A DNA stretch of 64,000 nt from Paramecium tetraurelia (Eukaryota). The stretch spans positions 248,001 to 312,000 of the forward strand of contig CT868679.1 of NCBI GenBank assembly GCA_000165425.1, read 5' to 3'. The notes beneath the pieces were generated by a model that was not told where the DNA came from, did no database searches, and saw only the letters and a program-made list of their open reading frames with translations. Numbering within the stretch: the first letter of the stretch is position 1; each line of letters starts with the position of its first letter. Shown in pieces: positions 1 to 12,160 of this stretch. The translations under genes and the position numbers were made by a program.

Positions 1-3000
1 ATATTATTCGATTGAGGATTTTCCCTAGCGTATATGAATAGATGGCATTTCGATATGAATTGGATAATGAGTCAATCAACAGTTAGTAAATAATCAATCA
101 GCATTTGGATTAATAGATGTATATAAACTTATCATGATATAATAGAAACATTTCGCAAATCATATCTCAAGTATTCAAAGATTGTAAAGTCTTATCCCCC
201 TACATTTAAGAAATATTGAACCCTGGTGATACAAAAATCACTGAAATGAGATTATCTAAGTTGACTCTCAAAATAAATGACCTAATCGTGGAACAAAAGT
301 TTCTTTCTATTAAACTGCAAGAATCACTAAATTCTTATAGATTATTTCTTATTTTATTGTTAATCTACTTTGGAATTTATTGTTTAATCGATTATTTCAT
401 AAATCTTTAACAAATCCGAACTGGTGCACTTTATTTATGCCTCTTCTGCATTTTTGCTATTATCATCATATACGTAATGAGCAAGCACTTGCAATAAAAT
501 TACTATACACATTCACACATGATCTTTATTGTGTTTTATATCATAAAGATATCCTTGGATTGGCTGAGTGATGATTTAAGTTTCATTATGTCATCAGTAT
601 TAGTAGCATTATTTACAACCAATAACACTATGAACATCAACATCATACCAATTTTTGCATATAATATCGTTTATATCATTCAATTAATAGCAAGAATCAT
701 CTTGGTTCTCATTGCTGATTCATCCTTATCTACTTAAGGCTATTATAATCATACTAGGGTTGTGATTTATGGATCTAGTACCTCGATTATTTTGATGTTA
801 AGTCTAACATTCAGTTTACTCTACACATTATACAAGACAATATAACGTCGAAGAACTGATTTCTTAGCCAAGTATTATATTGAATAAGACAACTTGGCTG
901 CCAATGACATTCTTTCCATCTTAGTACCAAAATTTGTTCGCAATCAGATCCAACTTGGCAGTTTACATATGCAGGAAGCCTAAAATGATGTGTCTATACT
1001 ATTTTGCTATGTTTGTGATTTCGATTCTATAATGAAGGAAGAGGGAAGAAATGTTGTATTGATGTTGGACTCTTTGTTCCGAATCTTTGATAATTTATGC
1101 TTATAACATGGAGTTTAAAAGATAGAAACTGTTGGTTATACATATATGGCAGCCACTGGTATTAAGGCTTCTGAAATTAATATCTCGCCTCACATGTTAA
1201 AAACAGAAAAAACCATGAGACTTGTCAATATGGCATTCGATATGATGGAACAAATTCAAGGAAGGCAATATGGCAAAGGAAATTAAATTGAAATGAAAAT
1301 TGGTATCCATGTGGGGAGAGTTATTGCAGGTCTCATTGGGCATCATAAGCCCCAATTTTCTTTGATAGGTGATCCAGTCAATTAAACTAGTAGGGTTGGT
1401 TCTACTGGAGATGTTGGTGCAATCACACTTTCTGCAGAAGCATTTAAATAAGCCAAACAGGGAATAAAATACTATAATAAAAAATAAAAGGAAGCAAAAG
1501 GATTGGGATTGATTGATACATATTAAGTATTTAAAATTAAGCCAAACAATTATCAAATACCAATCAATTAATTAAGATGGTAATAAATAGCAAAATTGGT
1601 CATAAAATAATAGAAACTTAAGAGAAACCTAGCAGGGGCAGTTCAAAAAGAAAGCATTTTATAAAAGATTTAAAACTCATTAAATAATTTGCATGATAAT
1701 AGCTGGGGTAGTTAAAAGATTTCTAATTCACCAAAAACATAATTTGCATAATCTCTATTAAATGTTCCTTCTTTGCCTGACCAACGCAGGCATAGTTAAT
1801 TAGATACTATTCCCATATAAAGTTTAGCAATTTTAGATAGTGAGGAGACTTAAATACATGATCAGTAGCACGTATAAGATGATGAAAATAAATATAAAGG
1901 GTTATTAAAGCCTAACATACTTTTAATGATTCCTGAGAGCTAAAACCTAATTAAGAATGGTTTTTATAATATACATTATGAACAACAATAATACGAAAGT
2001 TATTTTGCTTTGTTGACACTATGGATCATCTTTTTCGTAATAACATTACTTAGCATTATTATAAGAGAATTTTTTGGTTAATCATACGACATATTTTTTA
2101 TAAGAGTAAGTAATTATTATTTATAATTAGTCTTTGTTCTTGTTTTGCTTAATATTTTTGTTACCAATTATTAAATAAACCTATAAAAATATCTACATAA
2201 ATTGGATCTTTTATGTTGTTTTTTTATATGGATAATTTGCAGTTATCTATGGAACATTCTTAGCTAATAACAAGTTAGTTACGATAATTTCAATGGTTGA
2301 ATTGGTATATTTAGTTGTAGTCGTTTGTTCTTTGAAGATATTCACTTTTGTTTAAATCCTAGTGTTCATGATATTGGTTTTCACATCCTTTTTAGCCCTC
2401 TCTATCAACAATAATTCACTGACCCATTAATACATTTTTTATATATTGTCCTCTTTGGTTTTATGTCTAATTGGATATTATAAGGGAATGTCCGAATTAA
2501 TAGAAATGTATAATAATCTTTAGCTGAATGAACAAAGGAAGGCCAAATAGATATCATTAGTAAGTTAGCTCTTACCTACACATTCGTATTTGAAGATGAA
2601 AAATAACACTCTCTATAATAGATCAGAATTTATTGATGATTTAGATGATGTGACTTTATTATTTGCAGATATAAAAGGATTTACTGAATATTCTCACACC
2701 TAAACCCCTGAAGGAGTTGTCACGATGTTAAGAAATCTCTTCACAGAGTTTGATAAATTATGTTTACAATATAATGTATACAAAATGTACACAATTGGCG
2801 ATTGTTATGTTGTTATGGGATTTTAATAGGCTACCAAAAGAAATGTAAAATATAATATTTAAAATTAGCCAATTTAAGAGGCCATTAACACAGTTAAGAT
2901 GGGTTTTTCTATGATTGAAATAATAATGGAGGTGAGAAAATTAATTGATTTTCCTCTTTTAAATATGAGGATTGGTATTCATACAGGGTCTATAATTGGG

Positions 3001-3309
3001 GGGATTATTGGAACTGATATTGTTCGTTATGATATATATGGATAGGATGTCAGTATAGCTAATAAAATGGAGAGCTCAGGAAGCGAAGGGCATGTGTAAA
3101 TATCAGAGACAACTAAATTAATGATAGAGAGGGCTGAGAGAAATCCTTTTGTGTTTTAATTCAAACAAAATGTTGAATTGGCTAAATTCAATACTTCTAT
3201 TAATGGGTACATAGTAGAATGGGAAAGGAAAAATAGAGATAGAGGGGAGAGCCACTTTAGAAGTGAACCTTACATAACAAGAGATAAAATGCAAAGTCAA
3301 AATTTATGA
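1..3309 (+). CDS. Membrane guanylyl cyclase, alveolate type (two class III cyclase domains plus TM blocks); 5' end lies outside the window
   Basis: Code-6 translation. C1: VSILFCYVCDF, GVQKIETVGYTYMAATG, KIGIHVGRVIAGLIGHHKPQFSLIGDPVNQTSR. C2: DVTLLFADIKGFT, KMYTIGDCYVVMG, MRIGIHTG..RYDIYGQDVSIANKMESSG. Introns at 119-145, 2106-2130 and 2845-2868. TGA at 3307-3309. Confidence 0.92.
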
Positions 3310-3358
3310 GCTATTAAATTTGTTGACAAATAATTAATTTACAAACATTAATATTATA

Positions 3359-3960
3359 ATGAATATGTATATTAATACATAATTAGATTAATTTTTGTAT
3401 TGAGAAATTTATTTTGATAGGTTTACTATCCAGTCCATTATTTTTAACTAAAACTGCTAGAGCGATTACAAGGCTTGCAAATCTGATTAATGCCATTTAG
3501 AGTGTTTGCATGGAACATTTCACAAAAGGAATATATTGATTATTTTAAAATCAACTATCAGGGTTTATTATTTTATTAAATTAGATTCATTGGTGAAAAA
3601 CTAAATGAAAATACCAAAATCAGCTAATTTGTTTCTTATTTATACATAATATTAAAACTACTTTACCAGATAATTTACAAATTTCACATATAAGGGCTTA
3701 CACATTTATTGTACAAGTACTTTGCTGTGATAATTTCAGATAAAGTTTAATATCAATAATATAATGAAATAGAGAATATTGCATTTCATGCTTCTTGATT
3801 TTTTGGGTATACCTATATAAACATTTATTGTCATGGGGGAACATCACATAGTATTTAATCATTCATCAATTATCTAGCCTCTTGGTTTACTAAGGATCTT
3901 CTAATTCAACAAAAGTCTTTCAAGTTAATTATCTCTCAAAATTATCATCTAATTGTATGA
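3359..3960 (+). pseudogene. Possible decayed gene remnant or unresolved small gene
   Basis: Three intron-like GT..TAG elements (3367-3386, 3397-3420, 3563-3584) and coding-like stretches, but every frame I tried hits an internal TGA. Confidence 0.25.
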
Positions 3961-4106
3961 ATGTATTTTTTTTTATAATATTGTTCCAAAAGAACTAAAT
4001 GTTATACAATATTTTTCAGGAGTAAGTGTCTTATTAGTTTTGTAAATCACATTTGTAGAGTCTTGAATAATTAATTAATTATTAAAATTCTTATATTATA
4101 TTAGTT

Positions 4107-6200
4107 TCATGCTTTAGGTTGAGTCAACCCATTTGATTTATTTCCTGAACTGCTTTCTCCTTTTACTCCACCGATTAATTGATTTCTTAGATTTCGAGAC
4201 TCCTATTAGGCTTGTTATAATTATTCCTCTAAAGTGTTGTTTTATTCAACAATCTATTCCAATTGTTCATTCAATTTATTGATCTCTTCCTTCAAACCTT
4301 AAAATTTCTTTATTACATCCAAATACCTTCTGCCTTTGCCTATTCCTTTTAGGCTCTGTCATTTTATTTCTCTCCATTAGACACGCTCTTCACATATTTT
4401 TCTTTCCAACTTTCAATCTCTCTCAAATTGTCCTAAATCTTCAATTCTTAATTTTATTTATCCTTCATCAAACTCTCTCCTGTTGCTTTTAGTTTCTCCA
4501 TTTAAGTTCTGATCTGCTCGTTTTCAATCAACAAATCTATCATCTATGATTAATACTTACTTGCAATTCTATTTTCCAAGGCTTTAATTTCATTTTAATA
4601 TCTTTATGCTTGAGTTTTCAACTTATTTTATTCAATTGATGAACTCTTCATTTGTTCTTGAATTGGTCTTTAAGCCTCATTAAACTATTTCTACTAATTC
4701 TACAATTCTATTTTCATTTGATCCTGAACTTATTTGACTTCCTAAGCACACTCTAACTTAATCTATTAGATTGCATTATCCTTTTCATAAATAGCCTATT
4801 TGACTTAATCTTACAGTTGATTAATTTTTTAAGTCTTCTCTTTAATTTCTTAATTCTAGGAATCAACCTTTTCTTGGAGTTTCTAAATTTTATTATCAAA
4901 TTCAGTTAGTTTAGTTTGTTCCACTTTTAATTTTAGATCACTCAAACTTTTCTCTCTCACTTTAGTTGGTAGTTATTTCAACTTTTATTGTAATTCTTCT
5001 ATTTTGGCTTCATTAGCCTGTTGTATTTCCAATAACTTCTCATTGCCCTTCTCCAATTCAGAGATCTTTTCTTTGTTACTTGCTTCATCCATTCTGATTT
5101 TTTATTGCAATAAAAAATTTTATTCACTCAATTAATTGTTTTTTTTAAGCAATTTCTCATATTATTATTGAATATCATCAGACTCTCCTTAGACAGACTT
5201 AATACTTGATTATGTTAATTTTGACATTTCAGACTAAAGATTAGATATAGTATTTTTGGCTGATTTCAATTCTTCAACATAATTATTATTTTGATTGTTC
5301 AGACTCTAATTTGCCTTTAAATTTTAAATTAGATCAGTTTTCTCTTTTATTTCCAATTTATGTTATTCCTTCAACTTTAACATATCCTTCTGATGATTTT
5401 CATTAAGTATTTTAATCATCCTCTAGAATTTGTCCTCTTATTGTAGTTTAACTTCGTTATTTTAGGTTCCTATTGTTTTCTGCAAATTACCGTTTTCCTC
5501 TAAGAGTAACTATATTTTGCTTGTTAAATCTTAAACCTTCAATTAGAGGTCACCATTTTGTAGAGTCAAAATTTCAATTTCCATTGCTCTCTTGTTTGCA
5601 AGTACTCCTAATGAAGCATCAGTTGAACATTATTTTTCTCTATGACTCAGTTTCTCCCTTAAATCCTCGATTAGGTGATTTCTGTCCTTGAGTTAATCTT
5701 CAACTTAATGCAACTAATGGTTAGGTTTGATTGATTACTTTGATTTTTTATGATTAGATTTCATCATTTAATCTTTTTTCACAAAGAAAGCGATCTCGTA
5801 CTTATTATTCCAATTTCTGAATGGTATCTGTCACATCCGTCTATTAATTACTTCTTTACATCTCTAATAATTATACTATTTTATCATTCTCCTCAAGCAA
5901 CATTCCAATTTACTGATCCTTCTTCTCCCCAATCAACTTCATCTACCTGACATCGTTCAATGCATCTTCAAATTGCCTTCCTATTTATTATGTCTCCTAA
6001 GTTGCCTCCTCCAATTGGGATTGCTATCTCTAAATAAGATTATCCTATTATTTCAATTTCAATTCCAACTCAGAGATTTTCCTCTCCAAAACCTTCCTGG
6101 CCGCTAACTCTTTAGAAGCATCTGAGACTTCCTTAATGATTCTAGAAGGACTTTGATGCTAAGCAATTTGAATCCCACTATTGTTACCGTGCACACTCAT
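4107..6200 (-). CDS. Long coiled-coil protein of unknown function
   Basis: ATG at 6200 (MSVHGNN..). E/K/Q/L-rich heptad sequence ending ..NGLTQPKA-TGA at 4107-4109. Confidence 0.8.
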
Positions 6201-6274
6201 TTACAACTGCAGATTTATTAATAAAATATTTAAAATTGCCATATACTTGAAGATTTAATTACTATAAACAAAAT

Positions 6275-7920
6275 TCAGTTATCAGAATCATCATCTTAGT
6301 CATCCTATTCCTCTGCCTCCTCTTAATAGTTTTCAGGATCTCCCTCGTATTCACTTAAACCTTCATAATCCTCCTAAGCCACATCGTCCTTCTTCTTGTC
6401 CTCCTTATACTTTCTAATCTCATCCAACACGAATTCTTATTCCTTCACATCGTCAATCTCTTATTCAGACTCTTCAAGTTCCTCCCCTGCCTATTGTCTC
6501 TACTTCTCGGACATCACCTTCTACTTAATCAATTCCTCCTACTCATAAATCAACCTCTAAGCCTCACTCTATAGATTACTCTCTCCTTTTCCTTTTTTAC
6601 TGTTGTGCTATTCAATTAGTCGAATTAAATCCTTGACTTTTATTTTGTTGCCCACAAAACCAAAGTCTTCTGAAGTTCTTTTCAATTATTTCTCCAAAAA
6701 CAGTGTGTATTCATAGAACCACTTTTCATTTGAGAATATCGATAAGTAAATTACGATCCTATTAACAACCTATTGGCAAAAGTCAGCCCAAAATGTTCCT
6801 GACTATTTGTATTTGGGTTTAATGGAGATATTGATCAAAAAATCATAAGGTTTCACACTGCTCTTCAACTTCCTCCTCTTTAATTCTGCGCAATTCAACA
6901 TTCTGAGGATATAACTCAACAGGTTTTGATTGACCTTATACACCTGAGACACTTTGATAAGGATATCAATCAACTGTAATTGGAAAGTGTAATTGTCGAT
7001 GCAAGGATAAAAGTCCAAGACAGATTGAGCTATTTGAATGAAGGGAGGCATCAAATCAGCCAATTGATTCTCCCTCTTGTGAGTGCATATCACTTGTGCC
7101 CACAATTTGAGGACATACAATGTTTGTTAATTGTAAATGGATAACACATTCTATTGATTCTTAGAGACACTAGCATCTCTGATTTTTTTGACCAATTTTT
7201 GTAAACTCAAATACACCACTTAATAGGCTTGATTCATATTCATATTACACAACTCGGTGACACAATTGATCATGAAATTGATTGCTTCATAATTCCTCCA
7301 AAGCACATGTTTAGCTGATTCCAAATATTTCTCATAAAATTTCTACATAATCACATATATTCACATACCTTCAAGATGTCTTGTTGTTGATGATCAGGCA
7401 TCGATTAGAACACCTTTCTGACTTATAAGAATGCTTGCAATTTGATTTACAAGGATAAGTGATCACCCCACACTTGTATCAATAATTTCAAAGCCTTCTT
7501 TTACAAACTCTCAAAGGCTGTCAATATAACATTCAAATGTTCTAGAGCTCGTATCACAAAGAGAATAGTGTCCTCCTAAGCCTCTTGTGTCTCGATGGTG
7601 TGTTCCAAGAAATTCATAGCCTTAATTAGAAATCCCCTTATGATCACTTGATGAATGTGAGACTCGATATGCTCTCTCTTAAATGTGTCAGCGTAATCAA
7701 CTTGATAAAATTCTCTCAAAATATTTGGAAGTTCTAGCAATGAGAATCGTATTATCTTAGAGTAATCTTCAGGTTCCTTACAATACTTTGTAATCGCTTA
7801 ATCAGGCTAATCTTCATCCTAATCTCCTTGAGATGCGAGTCTAAAAAGCTTGATTATTAGTGAAATGCTCTTGAAATTAGGGGACTCTGTGAGTTTCCCA
7901 AAGAGTTGATTAATAATCAT
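6275..7920 (-). CDS. NOC2: Nucleolar complex protein 2 (Noc2/NOC2L family)
   Basis: IYNQQTLYVLKLWAQVI and LADLMPPFIQIAQSVLDFYPCIDNYTFQLQLIDIL resemble the Noc2 core (VYNWQ..L.LW; L.YPL.Q). Acidic C-terminal tail. Intron at 7343-7368. Confidence 0.72.
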
Positions 7921-7929
7921 TAATTAAAT

Positions 7930-10314
7930 ATGTTACTTGATAACATTAAAGTATGCAGCAATTATATATATTCAGGTTGCCATTCGTATACGACCATTCA
8001 CAAATAGAGAATTGGAGATTTCTGACATTACGACTCTCTTAGTCTTGGATAAAGAGACCGTCTCCACTATTCCTCCCATCGAAGCTGGAATCAGGTAGAA
8101 TCAAAAAACTTACAATTTCAATTGGGTCTTTGATAGAATGATATCACAAAAAGAAATCTTCGAAACCACCCTTGAGTATTAAGTCCTTTCAGTACTTGAT
8201 GGAATTAATTTTACCATAATGAGTTACGGAGCATCAGGTTCTGGCAAATCACATACGTATAAGAATTATTCTCTAAATTATAGACTAGTCAAGTATGCTG
8301 AAGATTACGGATTGCTCATTCGTTCTATCAACAAAATCTTTTAAACCATCTAGAATAAGAAAAGATAAATTGCTATTAAATTTTCCTATTTGGAAATCTC
8401 ACAAGAGTAACTCTACGATTTGCTTAATAACATGAACACCAATCTGGATATTAGAGATGATTAGGACAAAGGTGTAGTTATACATGGAATAAAAGAAATG
8501 GAAATTGCTAGTACACAAGAATTGATTCAACTTATTCAAATAGCTAAGAAGTAAAAATCACTTAAATAACATGAATTACTAATCTTCTCTCTCTATATCT
8601 AAGACCATCCCGATGGAAAATTGGTTGTATCTAAATTGATTTTTGCTGACCTTGGGTGGGTGGAAAGGGGAGCTCAAAAGAAAAAAAATATCTCCCTCTA
8701 GGTTCTCAATAACTGCATTTCTCTTCTGAATGAAGCAAAGAAGAAGAACACTCAAACATTCATACCTTACAGAAATAGCAAATTAACTCGGTTATTGAAA
8801 GAATCGTTGGGAGGGAACTCAAAAACTCTCATGATTTCCTGTGTAAGTCCTGCTATCTTGGGATATGAGGATACTATCCAAACACTAGAATACAGTTAGA
8901 TGGCTACCACTATCACAAATTAGACTTCAATTAAGGTGTTTTAGGATAATGAATAATAATTAATTATGGAGTAAACTAATCATGATTTAGTTAATTAAAA
9001 TGAAGAATTAAAAAAATAGTTAAATAAATAATCTCAAAAATAAAATGAAGTTATTCAAATGCAATAAATTGAGAAAAATATCATTCAGCATTTCAATCGA
9101 GAATCTTCAATACAGGAAGATATATTTAAAATGTAATATGAAGCAGAATAGATGAAATAAGGGATCAAAGACAAATAACAATTATTAGACAAAATCGATT
9201 TATCAGAAAGGAAAAAGTATAATCAATTGAGAGATGAAATTGAAAATGATTAAGAAAAGGTTGAACTTCAAGAAAATGAAATTAAAAAACTGCAAAAATA
9301 AACCAATGATTTCACTATCCAGAGGAAAGCATTATAAGATGTAAAATCTTTATTCATTATAGAATATAAAATAAAATAGTTTAGTTGACGTTGATAAATT
9401 ATATCTCACTAATCTAATCGAAAAGTTTATACTGAAATTGCAATTACAAGAAATCAAAGCAAAAGAATCCATCTATCAATTACATCAACAAGAATAAGAG
9501 AAATTGCTCTCCCTTCAAAACAACTAAATCACCCTTAGAGACAGGATCATAGAAGAACAAAGAAAATAAATAACATAAAATTTTAAATTAAATTCAACCA
9601 AACGATATACTAAAAGCGATGGAAGTAGTCAACTAATTACTACATCCAAATCGAAGTTCAAATTGAATCCAATCCTTCCAAAGGTTTCTGGTATCTCTTA
9701 TTTTAATTCTTAGATATACAATAAGGCTAAGAACCGTACTTGTACAGACAGAGCTCTTCAAGATAGACTCCCTAATTACAAACCCCTAAGAAGAAATCAA
9801 AGTCTAGATCCAAATCTAAATCAAGAGACAAATTCAAAACCAAAATACCGAATAAAAATGTCATTGATAACCTATCAACTCCTCAAATTCATAGGTATAA
9901 TGCTTTGGATAGAGCTTCTCCTTCTAAATTAATTGATTCAAAATCTATGGTGGCACTTCCTCTGATTTAATCGAATAGAAGCGTTACCAAGTTTGTATAT
10001 GATTCGAAAAGTGGAGGTTATAAGTTTTTAGAAGAGTAGTCTATATTCCCTTAATAAGTGTAAAAACAGTAATAAAAGCAAATACCGATTGAATAAGATA
10101 AGTCTTTTCTAATAAATTCGAGTAGAGGTAAGAATGATTCTTTGCAATATTAGGATCTTCGGTATAAAAGAATCACATCAAATAAGGTCTTCTTTTACCT
10201 GGTAAAGTGAATGAATCACTCTATGTTAAAGGGTTCATTAATAAGGAAATAGAAATGAAGATGAAACTGCATTAATTAAACTTAAAAATGAAGAAAGCAC
10301 CTCAAAAAAAATGA
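7930..10314 (+). CDS. Kinesin-family protein (kinesin-8-like N-terminal motor) with degenerate switch I/II and a coiled-coil/low-complexity tail
   Basis: [14 protein letters not shown] (intron 7951-7975), YNFNWVFD, P-loop [43 protein letters not shown]. Several tiny introns restore the frame through to TGA at 10312-10314. Confidence 0.9.
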
Positions 10315-10514
10315 TTAATCTTTTTTATTAACTTATTTTTTAACATTCTCATTATTCAGACATATATCCTTAAGTTATTATTGCAATTTTATGAGAATTT
10401 AAGACTCAATTTAATTAGAGTTTCAATTCAATTTATACCAATTATTGGATATGAGTTATTTTTAACTATAAATCACGATTTTAGGTATAATAAATATAAT
10501 AAATCACAAATAAA

Positions 10515-12006
10515 TCATCTCTGCCTATATAATTCAATCTAAATTAACAAAAATGAAATACTATCTATCTAACCGTAAATTCAAGTGCAGGATCTTTTTA
10601 TTTTATTTCATTGAAAATCTATAAAGCTTTTTCTTATTCATTATTTAGAAGTAAAATTTAACCTCTTTACAATTTCCCTTTTATATCATCTTAAAAATTT
10701 CGACAATAAATATCATTATAAGACTAAGCTTTTTTGATTTCATTTAAATTTATATAGATCAATGCTGAATTACATATTTTATTTACCTAAATAGAAGTGA
10801 GCTTAAGTTTTCTAATTAATATCAATGCACTACTCGAAACAAAAAATAGCATTTTCTTGTTGTGCTTCCTCCAGAGCTATTCTTCCTTTCAATAATTAAT
10901 AACAATTACCTTACATTAAATATGCCTTCTCATTATGGGTTTGTAATATTATTTTTTGAAAATATTCTTGTGCCTTAGGATACAATTCCAATTCAAATGA
11001 TGAAACACCTCAAATTTATAAATTAGATACCTGCTTAGTATAAAGCTTCTATGTTTTTATTGTTATTTTAAATAACAACATCAAATTATTCCAGGGCCTC
11101 CTTATATTGCTTATTTTCTTACAAAAGTATTCCATGCAAAAAGCACAGATTACTTGAGTTAAAACAATACTATTTAGCTCTCACGCATTCATCTATTGCC
11201 TTTTTGTTTTATTTTTATTCTCCATAAGACAATACTAGATTAAATGTATGAATTGTAATACTTTTATAGATCCATGCCTATTCAAAATTCTGTTTCAACT
11301 TGATCGCTTTTTCAAATTGCTCTATAGATAGCTTGTAGTTTTGTAGCTTAAATTCTTTCATTCCTGAATTTAATGATATACATGTGTACCTTAATCAAAT
11401 ATAACTGATGATGAATCATTTTGATTAATAATTGAAATCTATTAAGATTAAAATTGCTATCTTTTATCGATAAATAACTTACTTGGTTTATGTTAATTCA
11501 ACCATTTGACCAGTAACAAGATCTAATTGTCTAATGATATTGGATATTATTTAGGATTACTAATTGGATTTACTAATTACTTAGAATAGATTAGATGAGC
11601 TTTGATTCTAACTAGCACTGGTTGCTTTTTGAGAATTGCTTAATTTTTAAATTTGTTCTTTGCTAGGTGAGAGTTCACTAAGTTTTTGTTATAAATCATT
11701 ATCGAATATAAATTTTCGCTTTTCCAAGAATTCTTCAAATTATTTGTAAAATATATTGCTTTAATTGGGTTCCTGGTAAGTGATTTTTAATTCGGTGATA
11801 TAGGTAATGAATTGCAAAAGTGAGTTTACTTTTGATTGTAAAATTGATTGGGAATTTTCTAAGTATGTCAATACAGGTTTTGAATTGTGGCCGGGATGGT
11901 ATTGCTATAAACAGAATTTGCAAGACAATTTCTGTTGTTAACATTCCAAATCGATGCATACGTTTTAGACGATTTGATTTGCATGTTATCTGCAGTATAT
12001 TGGCAT
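10515..12006 (-). CDS. TPR-repeat protein with an N-terminal B-box-like Cys/His finger
   Basis: N-terminus MPIYCRQH..VCIDLEC..SCKFCLQQYHPGH. TPR-like units such as GMKEFKLQNYKLSIEQFEKAIKLKQNFEQAWIYK. Ends ..ELYRQR-TGA. Confidence 0.78.
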
Positions 12007-12160
12007 TCTACTTATTGATTAAATTGAATGATAAATATATGAATAAGGGGAAAATATATTATTGCTGAGATTTAATTTATATTAGGTGAAAACATGTGTA
12101 GGAACATGTAAATTTTTGCAAATATATATTGCCTATATAACAATATTTAGAATAATTAAA

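Noticed and set aside
10120..10215. Apparent early stop or frameshift in the kinesin tail
   Set aside because: A 26-nt intron (gtaagaatgattctttgcaatattag) restores the frame through to TGA at 10312-10314.
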